DNA of 64,000 nt from Takakia lepidozioides. Lineage: Eukaryota; Plantae; Bryophyta. Shown here piece after piece: positions 13,353 to 24,700 of this stretch (position 1 is its first letter; every line of letters starts with the position of its first letter). The stretch covers positions 43,896,001-43,960,000 of the forward strand of contig CM060732.1 of NCBI GenBank assembly GCA_030704615.1. Direction: 5' to 3'. The notes beneath the pieces are model-generated. The model made no database searches. It saw only the letters and a list, made by a program, of their open reading frames with translations, and was not told the DNA's origin. A program made the position numbers and the translations under genes.

Positions 13353-13670
13353 TCAACCGGTGCCGCTGATACCCATATCAATGGGCTCGTCCTCACTGGT
13401 GCCCCCTGGAGCGGCTGCCTCAGCCTGGGCAGCAGCAGCTGCACCAAAGACTGGGCCTCCCATCCCGGTGGCCGCATTTGGATCGGGGGCTTTCTCACTT
13501 GTGAAATTCACTGGTACGCCCTGCGCATCCTTAGTCGAATGCAATTTGAATGCCTCCTCCTCGGCGCCTGGCACCATCTCGTACGTTGTGTCAGTGTAAG
13601 ACCCTGGAGGCAAAGCTCCTTGTGCTCCAGACATTGTTGTTGCTTGCGTTGCCTTCGCAGATGTATGCAC
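13353..13670 (-). CDS. Possible terminal exon of a small Ala/Gly/acidic-rich hypothetical protein
   Basis: 105-codon open frame with protein-like composition, ending GMGGPVFGAAAAAQAEAAAPGGTSEDEPIDMGISGTG*. No ATG start or upstream exon identified and family not recognised. Confidence 0.35.
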   Translation of the reverse strand: MHTSAKATQATTMSGAQGALPPGSYTDTTYEMVPGAEEEAFKLHSTKDAQGVPVNFTSEKAPDPNAATGMGGPVFGAAAAAQAEAAAPGGTSEDEPIDMGISGTG

Positions 13671-15174
13671 TTAACCAGTAAGTTACAGGACAGGAATGGG
13701 AAACAGCTTATTAGGCAGACACGACAGACAGACAGAGGCAGGGAAATGGAAACGAAATGAATCTAGCAACGACAGAGTTGATAGAAATGACGGCCTTATA
13801 GTTTGCCGACAACGGAAGATCTTAGTGAACACGCGTACAGAATGTGATGTGGCATGCAAATTTGAGGTTAACACGTGGTCTTTGGATCTTAAGCGAGTCA
13901 TACTGCAGTGGCCAAGCGTCACCTCCATGCTGTCTCAGCTGCGCCAACCGAACTTCAAAATCTACTGCCTCTCCGAGTGTAGCCCAAAAACCGATCTTCT
14001 AGCAACAATCCTTTCCAACACCCAGTGCGACTGTGGAGAACCTCACTGCAAAACCGCCGGGGCTGTATCCCGAAGAGAGAGCTACTACAACAGTGAAGTG
14101 TCCATTGACTTGCCACCGACGCACTGAAGCCAGTCTGAAGCTCAAAAAAGACTCTAAGCAGTCAATAAGAAAGGTCCCGCATGCTGCCCATAGAAGACGT
14201 GGTCGGAAGAGTGGGAGCAATGATGAATCAGCCACCAAGTTTTTCACATTCAAGTGTATTGTAACTTGACTGGCGGACAACTAGGCTTGCTGCAAACCTC
14301 CCAGAGCAACCTCAAAGGAGAGCTGTACATATCTTGATTGAAAGGAAAGAAAAGGAAAGGAAAGGAGACAGCTTTGGCAGGAGACTTCCTTTGTTTGAAA
14401 TAGATAACCATAGTATTCTTCAAACTATCTCATTCTCCTACTGGGGCTTAACCAACAGACGCATCACAAACATATAACCATAAATCAGGTGGATCAGTGA
14501 GGAAGCATGACTCTTCTGAACATTCACTATATTAGGGAATGTAATCCTTTGCAATATGCGGTAGCCCATACAATTGGAGGTGGTCTCCTGCACAATCTCA
14601 TCAAAGTGTCCCAAAAAGTATCGAATCTTGCCTGTCCCTAGAACACACAGGCTTTCTCAAGGTTGATCTGCTTTCACATTTGACCACGACAAATAAAACC
14701 TCTCCCTGGATGAGCTTTAGATTGGTCCGACGGCCAACCCTTACATCAAATTCATGGGGTGACGGTCTCATGGCCGTCAAATCCATGCAGTACAGTAGCT
14801 TGCAAGACAAACGGTGAAGCTTGAAGCCAAAGGATGTAATCCTTGAGATTATGCCCTTCAACTCCACGAAGTCATGTGACATAATGTAAGGTGTTCCTCC
14901 TCATCTGTTCGTCAACCTGCGTAAGCCCAGAGATGTTAGACCTTTGGGAGATCCAAGGCACAAGACTCAGTTGACTGCGAATTTCTGTCGGAGGGATTTG
15001 TTACCATGTCGATGAAAGGCACACATGGTGTGTGCATCTCAGCAGATATGGATGTTGCCATAACTGGATATACACACATACATGTCCAAAATGTAGCAAA
15101 CCAAACAAAACACCAACCATACCCTGTCATAAGCTAGCATGTGAACCATACCATGGCAAGTCTGTCTGTTACCA

Positions 15175-15233
15175 CTCAAACTGGGCGCGGGGTCAATGGC
15201 CACAAGGCTACGGCAAACAACGTCTTATGAGTA
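15175..15233 (+). mobile_element. Isolated 3' end of the same LINE family
   Basis: CTCAAACTGGGCGCGGGGTCAATGGCCACAAGGCTACGGCAAACAACGTCTTATGAGTA matches 20906-20964. Confidence 0.85.
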
Positions 15234-15745
15234 GATTCTGTTACATGCTCTGGGCCATGATAAAAATCACATCAAAGGTGGCATGGTCAATAACCTTGTT
15301 AACCCTGAACTCCACCTCAGTACTAAGCACAATCTGTGCCTCTTCAGAAGGCAGACATGCCAATTGGTCCCACAGTTGAACCCCTGGATGGCGATGGAAG
15401 AGCTCATGACTCTCTTTTAGTCAGCTTGAGAAGGTTCTGTTTCAACCCTGTTATGTGACCACCTATCAGCACAAAACACCTGCCAACCCAGAGTAAGAAA
15501 CTGCATGTTTCATGACTTCTAGCGAATGAGAGCAGAGAACACTTGAGACTTATCAAGGATGCAACTGCAATCTTAGGAATACCTTTCTAAAATCGTCTTC
15601 AGCTGCAATTTCCAACTGCTGTAACTTTTAGAAAGAAGTGGCAAAAAACACTTTAGGGTTTTCTCTGGCATATGGTTGACACCCACTCACAAGGTATGTC
15701 CATGACAGGCGAATAAGAAACATTTGATTTTTTGTCTGAGGAACT

Positions 15746-18700
15746 TTAGAGTCTTCTTTTGACAACAGTAGGTAGAATCTTTTGAAGAATATTGAAGCTG
15801 TCTCCCCCTTTTGCCACATCAACCGACTCTGCTGTCGGCATCTCAAACAGTTCCTTTTCCAAGATAGAATATGCATCTGCAAAGGCCTGTCAACACACAA
15901 AAGGTCCGAGCCAATTTCATTATAACCGACAGCTGAAGTATCAATGCTTGATATATCCTGGAGTCACGTTCCAAGATTCAGATGAGAAGTATCTGTTTTG
16001 CTTTTTGTTGTTAAAACGCTTCATTTGTGTGGAAATGGTGCTGCATTTCCATCTTACAGCATTCTGGCTTCAATGTTGCAATATGGACAGTACAATGCAG
16101 TTTAGAGGTCTCACACTTCTTTAGGTCACATCCTGGTTGCTAGTCAGTAAGAGTAAATGGAAATCCAGAAAATGTTTTCTACTGTGCTGAATGGATAAAA
16201 TCAACCTCTAGCATGTAACAAGCTCATAGCCATACACAACTTACAGAGTAACGAATCTTCAAAACTAAGGTTCTCTTGACATATCTATAGACAATCTAAT
16301 TATTCTACATAGTTAGCAGCTAGCCACTAAAGAGGTGGGGCAGGGTTTAAGGGACACCTTAACAATCTGCTGTATGCGGAAGCAGGTGCTGCCAACGTTG
16401 TTCTCAAAATCGAAGGGATCCTCTATATAGAGTGGATCAATGCTGCAATGATGTACCACCCCAGGAAAGTATGCCTAATTGAGGAAAGCGCAGAAGACCC
16501 CCTTTCAATAAAAAGTACTCAAGGTGCAATTTGGTGAATTGGAGATAGATGTAAATGGAAGGAGACAGTGACATAGATAATTCAGGGAAGATCAATACAA
16601 AGATTCCAGCTAGCACACATAGGACTCTTTAACAGTCCACAAGACACCTCATCCACGTGGGAAGGAACGTACTCATGGGTACTGCATACCATCCCGCAGA
16701 CAGAAAACAAAAATAAGGGGACCACAGACAATATCAAACACAGTGTGCCTAAGTGTATAAAAAGTGTACCTGAGGCTCCGATCTCGGCTCACATACCTCC
16801 CACCGGCTCGAATGCAAACACACATACGCCGAGGATCAAACACACACCTTCAAGATTACAGCTCAGTTGTCACTGCTTGTTAGTCTGTTTTCTTGAGATA
16901 TGTAGAGGTTTATAAGAAATGGTAGACACTCATCTCTGATGTCAAACTTTGCCTCAGACAGGTTCAACCTGGAATTTTACCGCGCAAATTAACACAATAA
17001 GCTTCTAACAAAGTATGTGTTCACTATGGAGAGGAGAACAAAAGAAATGAAATGGTACTTTATAACGTCCACGGAAAGCTCAAAGAGCTTATGGGACAAG
17101 AAAGAGCCAAAGAGCCAAAGAGCTTATCAAACAAGAAGGGGCCACGAGCAGCCAAAGCTGAAAGAAACCTTATAAGGGACACATAGGCCCAGCGTACAAC
17201 AAACAAAGAACAACTTCAGACAGAAAAGAAAGAACCAATATTATTTCCACAGGAAGCCTGGAGGGCCAGAGAGAGGGTAATTTCCTTACCCTAAGAAGAG
17301 AGGGTTTACGTGCATGTCCTTTTGCTTCTGTGAAGATGGTCACCTCAGACCACTCTGACCTGGTTAAGTTGCTCTCAGCGTGTTTCTATGATTGCGGATA
17401 TTCTGTGGGCTTACATTGGTTTACAATTTATTTTCAGGGGTGTTATCAGCTTTCCTGGTTGAGAAAAAATAGAGAGGAAAGAAATCTACCAATACACAGC
17501 AGGGGGGTGACAGAAAATTTTACCCAAAGAAGTGCAGAAAGTCCATAAAGAGGCTCCCCAAACTCTGCACCAATAGACATGTGTGCCAATATCATATAAC
17601 AGCACGATTGTCAACAACCAAGTAAGTTATTTCAAGTGGTCACACTGCTGTCGTTTGATTGTAACCAACCCAGGAAGATGACCTCTATAGGTAGACCATG
17701 TGGCCACTATGATGAGACAAGCTGTGTGCTACTTGGCTGTATATAAGTGAGCATTTAGCAGCTACAAGATAGAGAGACTTTTACTTGTCCCATCTACTGC
17801 AAAAAGCTACCTGGCTTGGAGAATGCCGGCCAACGTGTTGAAGAAAACGAGTGATCAGCAACACCTAGAAAATGTAGCACAGAAACCACTCAGAAAAAGC
17901 GCACTACCACCTATGTTTTAGCTGCAGACACATTCTAAGAGAAACAGTTGAAAGTCTTTTTATATTGATGATCGTGTCTCTCTGTCCTCTAGGAAGCCTA
18001 TTGCCATTGGGTGGACTTGATACGGGAGTACATTAATGTCTCTGTGACTAAATGCCGGCCTTGTGACCTCGTGTCCTTGTTTGTTTCGACCTGAAGCGCT
18101 TTGCTCCAGGTAAGGTAGTGCATTGGATTTAGTTGGAAAGCTTGGGGCCTTTCCCTCTTTAGAATATGCCTACACGGGCCATTCCCTGCAACTCCCTGGA
18201 GTGTGATCTCTGAATGGTAACAAGCGAACCCCTACCGCTTGGGGGCAGCCCCTCCGCCCAAATTGGGCAGTCGTATGCTCTGTATAGCATACTCGGCACT
18301 TGGGCTCGGGTTGGTTCCTGTGCTTAAACTTATAGCCTGCGAGATCAATCAAAATTTTAGCTCCTATCAACATCAACACTCCCCAGGGTGATTCCTGGGA
18401 ATTGGTTACTTATGCCAAATCTAGGGCTTCATGTGTAGTTTTTGGGGTGAATCCCAGGATGGACGATGTGTCCTTTAAAACTACATGCTCTAGCTTAGGC
18501 TTGGATTTCATGGCTAATGGTTCCATCTCGAGACTTGATAACAGGGGTACGTTGAAGGTTGCAATGACCAAAAGTGCTTCTAATAGAGTCCCACATCAAT
18601 TCAATCTCAAAGAAGTTCGTCCCTTGACTGGCTGGAGAGCGGTCTTAGACATTGGTGATTCAACAGGGCGCTCTAGGAAGACAACCAAGGGCAAGGACTT

Positions 18701-21700
18701 CAACTTGAGAGTTTCTAATCGGTTTGATGCTCTGTATGAGGTTGAATCCAAACAGCCAGAAGGACAAGATGCCCCTAAGTGTACAGAACCTGAACGTCCT
18801 GAATCTGAAGGATTTGGTACTCTGAATGGTTTACCAATCCTCAAGGTTTACACAAGACGAACAAATTCTATACACGGGGTAATTGTCCCCAAGCCGTCAG
18901 ATGGACAATCTGTCCCTAAGTGTGCAGAGCCTGGACGTCGTGTAACTGAAGGATTTGGTACTCTAAATGGTTTACCAATCCTCAAAGTCTACACAAGACG
19001 AGCAAAATCTACACACGGGGTAATTGTCCCCAAGCAGTCTGACGGACAATATACCCCTAAGTGTGCGGAGCCTGTGCGTCGTGTAACTGAAGGATTTGGT
19101 ACCCTGAATGGTTTACCAATTCTCAAAGTTTACACAAGACGAGCAAAATCTACACATGGGGTAACTGTCCCCCCTTTGCAGAACGGTTGGCCGTCCAGGA
19201 GCAATCACAAGCTACCTAGACGACAAACAATTCACATGCAAAGGGCTGGCTTGTGGCTGGCCACTTTCAACTTCTCAGGGCTTACTAACCAAAGGAAACA
19301 ACTCGAAGTGGGACAAGTCCTTCGGACTAATGATATTCATATCTGTGCTGGGCAAGAAACATGGGAAACGTCGGATAAACTGGTTGGAGATGTCAATGGT
19401 TATAAATGGGCAGGTAGGATGTGTACTCTCAAGGCAGCCTCTGCCAAACGCGGTCAAAAAGGGGTTGGTTTCTTCGTCCGTGATTTCTTGTTTGATAATT
19501 GTGAAATTATCAACAAGGGTTTGAGGTACAAGCATAGTATCTGGCTAAAACTGAATCTGAAGGGCGGCATGAGTACGAAGGACCTCTATGTGGGTTGTGT
19601 TTACATGCCCACAGAGGGGACCCTTAGTGCTGACGCAGACAAAGCCTTCGAAGATGTAAAGCTGGACTGTGCTTCGTTCCTTGCCAAAGGTCAGGTAGTG
19701 CTATTGGGTGACTTCAATGCCCGGGTGGGCAAAGGGCTCCATCAGGACGATATCATTGGGCCTTTTGGTGAGGACGAGCTGAATTCTAATGGCAGACGGT
19801 TAATTAACTGTCTGGAAGAGCTTCAGCTTTTGACCTTGAATAACAGGACAAGAGGTGACCAAGTGCAGTGGACTCGTGAGAAATCCCAAACTGGGGAACG
19901 TTCCATTGTGGACTATATCATAATGGACAAAATTTGTTTCCCCAGTGTGCCAATGTGTTGATCGACAGAACTGATATTGGTACCTCTGACCACTTCCTGG
20001 TTTGGACTGAGATCAAAAGGTGTTTTCCCAACACCAAGAGATCTGTGAAACGTTCGATTCGGAAGTGGCGCATAGAAAAATTCCATAATGACAAGGCTGA
20101 GTACGTCCAGGCCTTGCAAGAGGCTCTCCCTCACTTTGTCCAATCGCTCCAAGAACTTCAGTCTCGCTCTGACAACGCAAGAAATGAAGTCGAAAGAGCA
20201 GTGGACTCTTGGGAGAGTTTCGTTTCCTCCGTGGCTGACAAGATCATTGGGAGGAAACTAATTGTCTGCGGTAGAGTTGTTAATTGGTGGACCAATGAGA
20301 TCAAACTCAAGATAGCTGAGAGACGAGCCCTGCTGGATAAATCTGACTTAGAGGCTGTAGTGTCGAAAGCCATGTCTGTTGCCATGAGATTGTCTGATGA
20401 AAATGAAGTTAGGCAGAAAACTTCCCTGAACTTGTTTCCAGTCAGTGACATGGGGGAGGACATCTTGGATGACCTCAAGGGTCTACCCACTCTCGGCACT
20501 AGACTGAAATTTAAACTCAGGGCAGGAAGCCTACCTTTGAACAGCAAACAGAAGCAGAGAGGAAAGGGAGAGTGCAATTGCCCGTTGTGTGGGCAATCTG
20601 AAGACAGTATTCATTTTCTGATACAGTGTCCGGGGTTCTCTCACCAAAGAGACGCTCTCTTCAACTCTATCAAGGGAATTGTGCCTGTATCCCTGTTTAC
20701 CAACTTTGAAAGTCTCGAGGCTGAGCCAAAAGCCCAGGCCCTCCTGAGGCCTAGTTTTGGGCAAATCACACACAGCAGATTGATGCTTGTGTGAAGGGAT
20801 TTCTAGAGGATATCTGGAAAACCCGGATTAATTCTTTATATGAAGGTAAGTCTTACTAAAAACGTCAGCCCCTGACAGAGGTAGGTTCTGTTCCTTTTGT
20901 TCCCGCTCAAACTGGGCGCGGGGTCAATGGCCACAAGGCTACGGCAAACAACGTCTTATGAGTACAATATATTGATGATCGTGGTGAACAATGCTCCGCC
21001 AGAAAATTGTCGTTTGAAAGAAGAAGGTTAGACTTTGGAATACACCAGGCCCTACATCCCCAAAGTTCTTTGTTTACAGAGAAAATGAAGATAAAAAGCA
21101 GTGGCTGACCTGGCAGTAGGAGCTAAGGCCACCTTTGTAAGGATGGTCGAGGCTGCGGTCGGCCAGGAACTGCTTGAGAACAAGAGCTAATGGCATGATA
21201 GGTGGAAACTGTCCGATCAGCTCCCGAACCTGCTCACATCATCACCAGCACTGTCTGTTACTTGATCCGAGCCAATCAACTTGACATCAGACACACATCA
21301 TAGTTGATGTTCTTTTTTGTTTTTGTTTACTTGGTTCCACGAGCCCTCTGGACCCTACATGGATGTAGTAAATCTCTTATTTTCTTGTTCCATCAAGGAT
21401 TCAAGTGTTACTGAGGATTTCAAGATCTTGTTGGGACTCCATCTGCTCCTGTAGGCCTCCCTTGGACATCATAAACTATTGGCCTCCCCACATCCGTCCA
21501 TCCACCTCCGTCCACACATAATGTCGAACAAAGAGAAATTGTTTTATGGCACAGACCTGCTTACTTACCAATTCAGAAGTGCGCAATCCAGTATTGACAG
21601 GAGCTTCAAAACTAATGTCAAGCCACACAATCTGACGATCTGCCTCGGATCCCCACGGGCCCTTCTCAACCTCTGTCACTTGGCAGATTCCTGAACCATT

Positions 21701-24700
21701 GCTCGATGGCGTGGCAAGCAACCCCTCTGTGTTTGTTCTCGCCATAGCAGGCAATTTCCCTTTATCTTTTGTGCCAGCAGTCATGCCTGAATGATTCTCA
21801 TGATCACTATCGCCTAATTCACATTGCTGTGGTAAAATGCGAACCACCAGCCTTATTATAGGTACCTGTCAGGACTTCCAAGTTACTTGCCAACCAGGAC
21901 ATCACTGCACATGTATATTCTACAACATAGGATAATTTATGCTTTAATAAGGACGAGGAAATAGTTCATTGACTCTTTCCCACTATCTTGGTAGGAATAA
22001 CCTGGGGGAGATTGGCACGTTGTCAGGCACTTTACACTATTAAAAGGCAAAAGCTGATTAGAATATCTTTAAATTTGGCTTTACACTAGGATTCTCAAAT
22101 GAGAACCTCTTCCTGGCACCCCCAGTCAGCATAAAAAGAGAGATCCGAGCCTCATGATGTCATCCCCATCACCACCGGCCTCACGCTCGGACTCATCCTC
22201 AGAACTCTCGGCCTCATCCTCACTCTCGCCCTCATGCTCGACATCGGCCACCGCATGGTCAATAGAGCTATCACTACTTTTATGATGAAGTGGCTTTTTG
22301 TTATTCGTCCCAAAGAGGCCCCTTTGGATCTTGATGCGATCAAGAAGCACTTGGAGTCCAAACTCTTGAAACTTGGGCTATCACTTGGTGACTGGGACTT
22401 AACACACACATGAGGTTGGGCTTTCATTGTTTTTGGAGTGGTGCATAAGGACTCTTGGAACCCAAAACGGCAAAGAATTGGGGGTTGTCAGTTGATTATT
22501 TCAGTGTAAACCGGCCTGCACCCTAAGAACTGCCTTGGTCCAGTATGATGCACACTATTACTCTCTAACTCCCTTTCTCTAAGCTGAGCGCGGGGTCAAT
22601 GGCCACAAGGCTACGGCAAACAACGTCTTATGAGTACATTCTCTAAACTGTACAAGGTTTGGGATATGTCTTACCATAGCATGTTCTATGACCTGTAAAG
22701 ATTCCACCCATTCCTGGGCTTCCAGATTACGTGCTGCATGCTGCATTCCACCCAGCGAAAAGTGTCCTTGTTAGAAGTCTTGTCATTATCTCTGTCCACA
22801 CACTTGAACACAACCTCAAGGGTCAGCAAACAGATCTCCAACCATCAGAGGCAGAAAAAGTTCATGGTCCTGCCATGTAAGCAAACCATACGCCATACAT
22901 CACGTACAATATAGCACCCGGAACCCCACTGAAGTTAGTAACAATGAATGAGAAATAAAATCAAAGTCTTGCCCCCTCTCCAAGCACCAGTCTTCCAAAG
23001 CATACACTAACTTGATGCCTCCACTGTTGATCTCAAGGAGCAGCATGCAGGTTAATGTTAAATTTGATCAATGTCTGCTGTACATAGACTTCCTACTCTC
23101 ATCAGAACAGAGTCTCAACTCTGACAGGGTGAGCACAAGACCATCTGTCTCAACTGTGCAGCCTAGTGTACCCCTACCTGCAGACATGTCTCCTTCACAC
23201 CATCGATACGGCCTTCCAGTATTCCGGCTTGCTTAATAGGCTCCCGTGCCTGTGAGTGTCCACAAAGAAGAACAAACAGACTTTAATACGGCCACAAACC
23301 ATAGACCATCTAGACCATCAGTTTTGTGTAGGGGATGCCAAACAATAGCACAATTTGGATTCACAATCGTCACACCGTAAAACATTATGTCTGTTCCTGA
23401 GCCACTCCATCTGTGCTTGAATGCCTAACTTCTACCTTCCTATTATTCCATTAAGTAATTGTGCAAAAATCTGGGCAGATCTACCTGAGGAGTGCAAACA
23501 GAGACTCAGGGTACCCATGGTTGTCACTGACCTTCCGCACAGGGGGCAAGCTAACAACAAGATCGACATCACTGGTGGGAAGAGCAAGGCCAGTAGCATT
23601 AGAGCCAAAAATCTTGGTTCGTGACCTTGGCCATAGCACTTGCAGCGAGTGTGCCACTTTCTTTACTGCCATGTTTATGAAAGGCATTCGCATTCTCTTC
23701 TCAGTTGCAGCCTGATAGCAACATCAATATATGAGATTGTAAGGGTGAGGTGAAAGAGTTAGTAAGATTCACACTGAGTAGACTAGCGTGTTAATCTCCT
23801 TTTATTCCTTCACATTTGAAAACCCTTTGAGCCTCCTGGGAATGTAAGAGATTTCCTCTCAGTCTCTTGTGTTGTTCAACATTCCCATGGGCCCTCCGAG
23901 TCTTTTCTTTCTTTCTTTTCTCTCTTATGGACAAGCCACATCATGACAGGTCATGTGGGCAGCCCAAGTGCAAACAATCCTTCAGCCACATGCAGTAAAT
24001 GTGGAGATTCTGCCTTCTTTCGATCTGCTGTTACATATCATCCACACCAAACAGGAAAGGGACAGACTGATCAGACAAGATAAAAAAGTTCCATGTGCAA
24101 TGCAGTTGGGGACCACAAACCCAGCTCACTCCAAAGAGTCAACTCCCCTCAGACGACTTTCTTGTCCAAGGGGACAAACCGTTCTACTAAGTTCTGCACG
24201 TGGACTCTCTCTCTCTCAAATCTGACTTGGCAGCTGAAGTGTCTAGTCCATCAAGGACATTGTTCCTGCACCTCTGCTCACAAACTTTGAAAATCTCAAG
24301 CTGATCCTAACGCCTTGGCCCTGTTGGTGTCTAATTGATGGGCAATTCGCACACAGCAGAAGATGTTTGTGTGAAGGGCTTTCTAGAGGATATCTGGAAA
24401 GACCGAACTAATTGTTTATATCAAGCTAACTCCCACCACTGAAGAGAGCCCCTCACAAAGGTATAGTCTGCTCCCTCTTGTTCCGCACAAACTGGGCGCG
24501 GGGTCTATGGCCAGAGGCTACGAAAAGCAATGTCTTATGGGTACATTCTCTCTTCTCTCTCAAACCCTGGTGGGTGTGAGCCCCAAAAAGGCTCCAGGAG
24601 GGTAGTTTCCCCGGGGGTCGATGGACATAAGGTTGTGGCAAGCCAATGTTTGGCATAAGTACATTCTCTCTCTGTCTCACACTCCCGGTTCTTATCCTCC

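Larger units (their letters stand above)
17977..20967 (+). mobile_element. Internally deleted LINE (APE endonuclease plus C-terminal CCHC region, no RT) inside an intron of the nucleotidyltransferase gene
   Basis: 16-bp perfect TSD TATATTGATGATCGTG at 17961-17976 and 20968-20983. APE motifs TFNFSGL, GQETW, GCVYMP, LGDFNARVG, SIVDYI and TSDHFLV. C-terminal FKLRAGSLPL...CPLCGQSEDSIHFLIQCP. No RT motifs between them. Confidence 0.88.

Noticed and set aside
14600-15480. Additional coding exons downstream of the nucleotidyltransferase stop
   Set aside because: Splice-like signals are present but there is no coherent frame or motif; more likely 3' UTR or intergenic.
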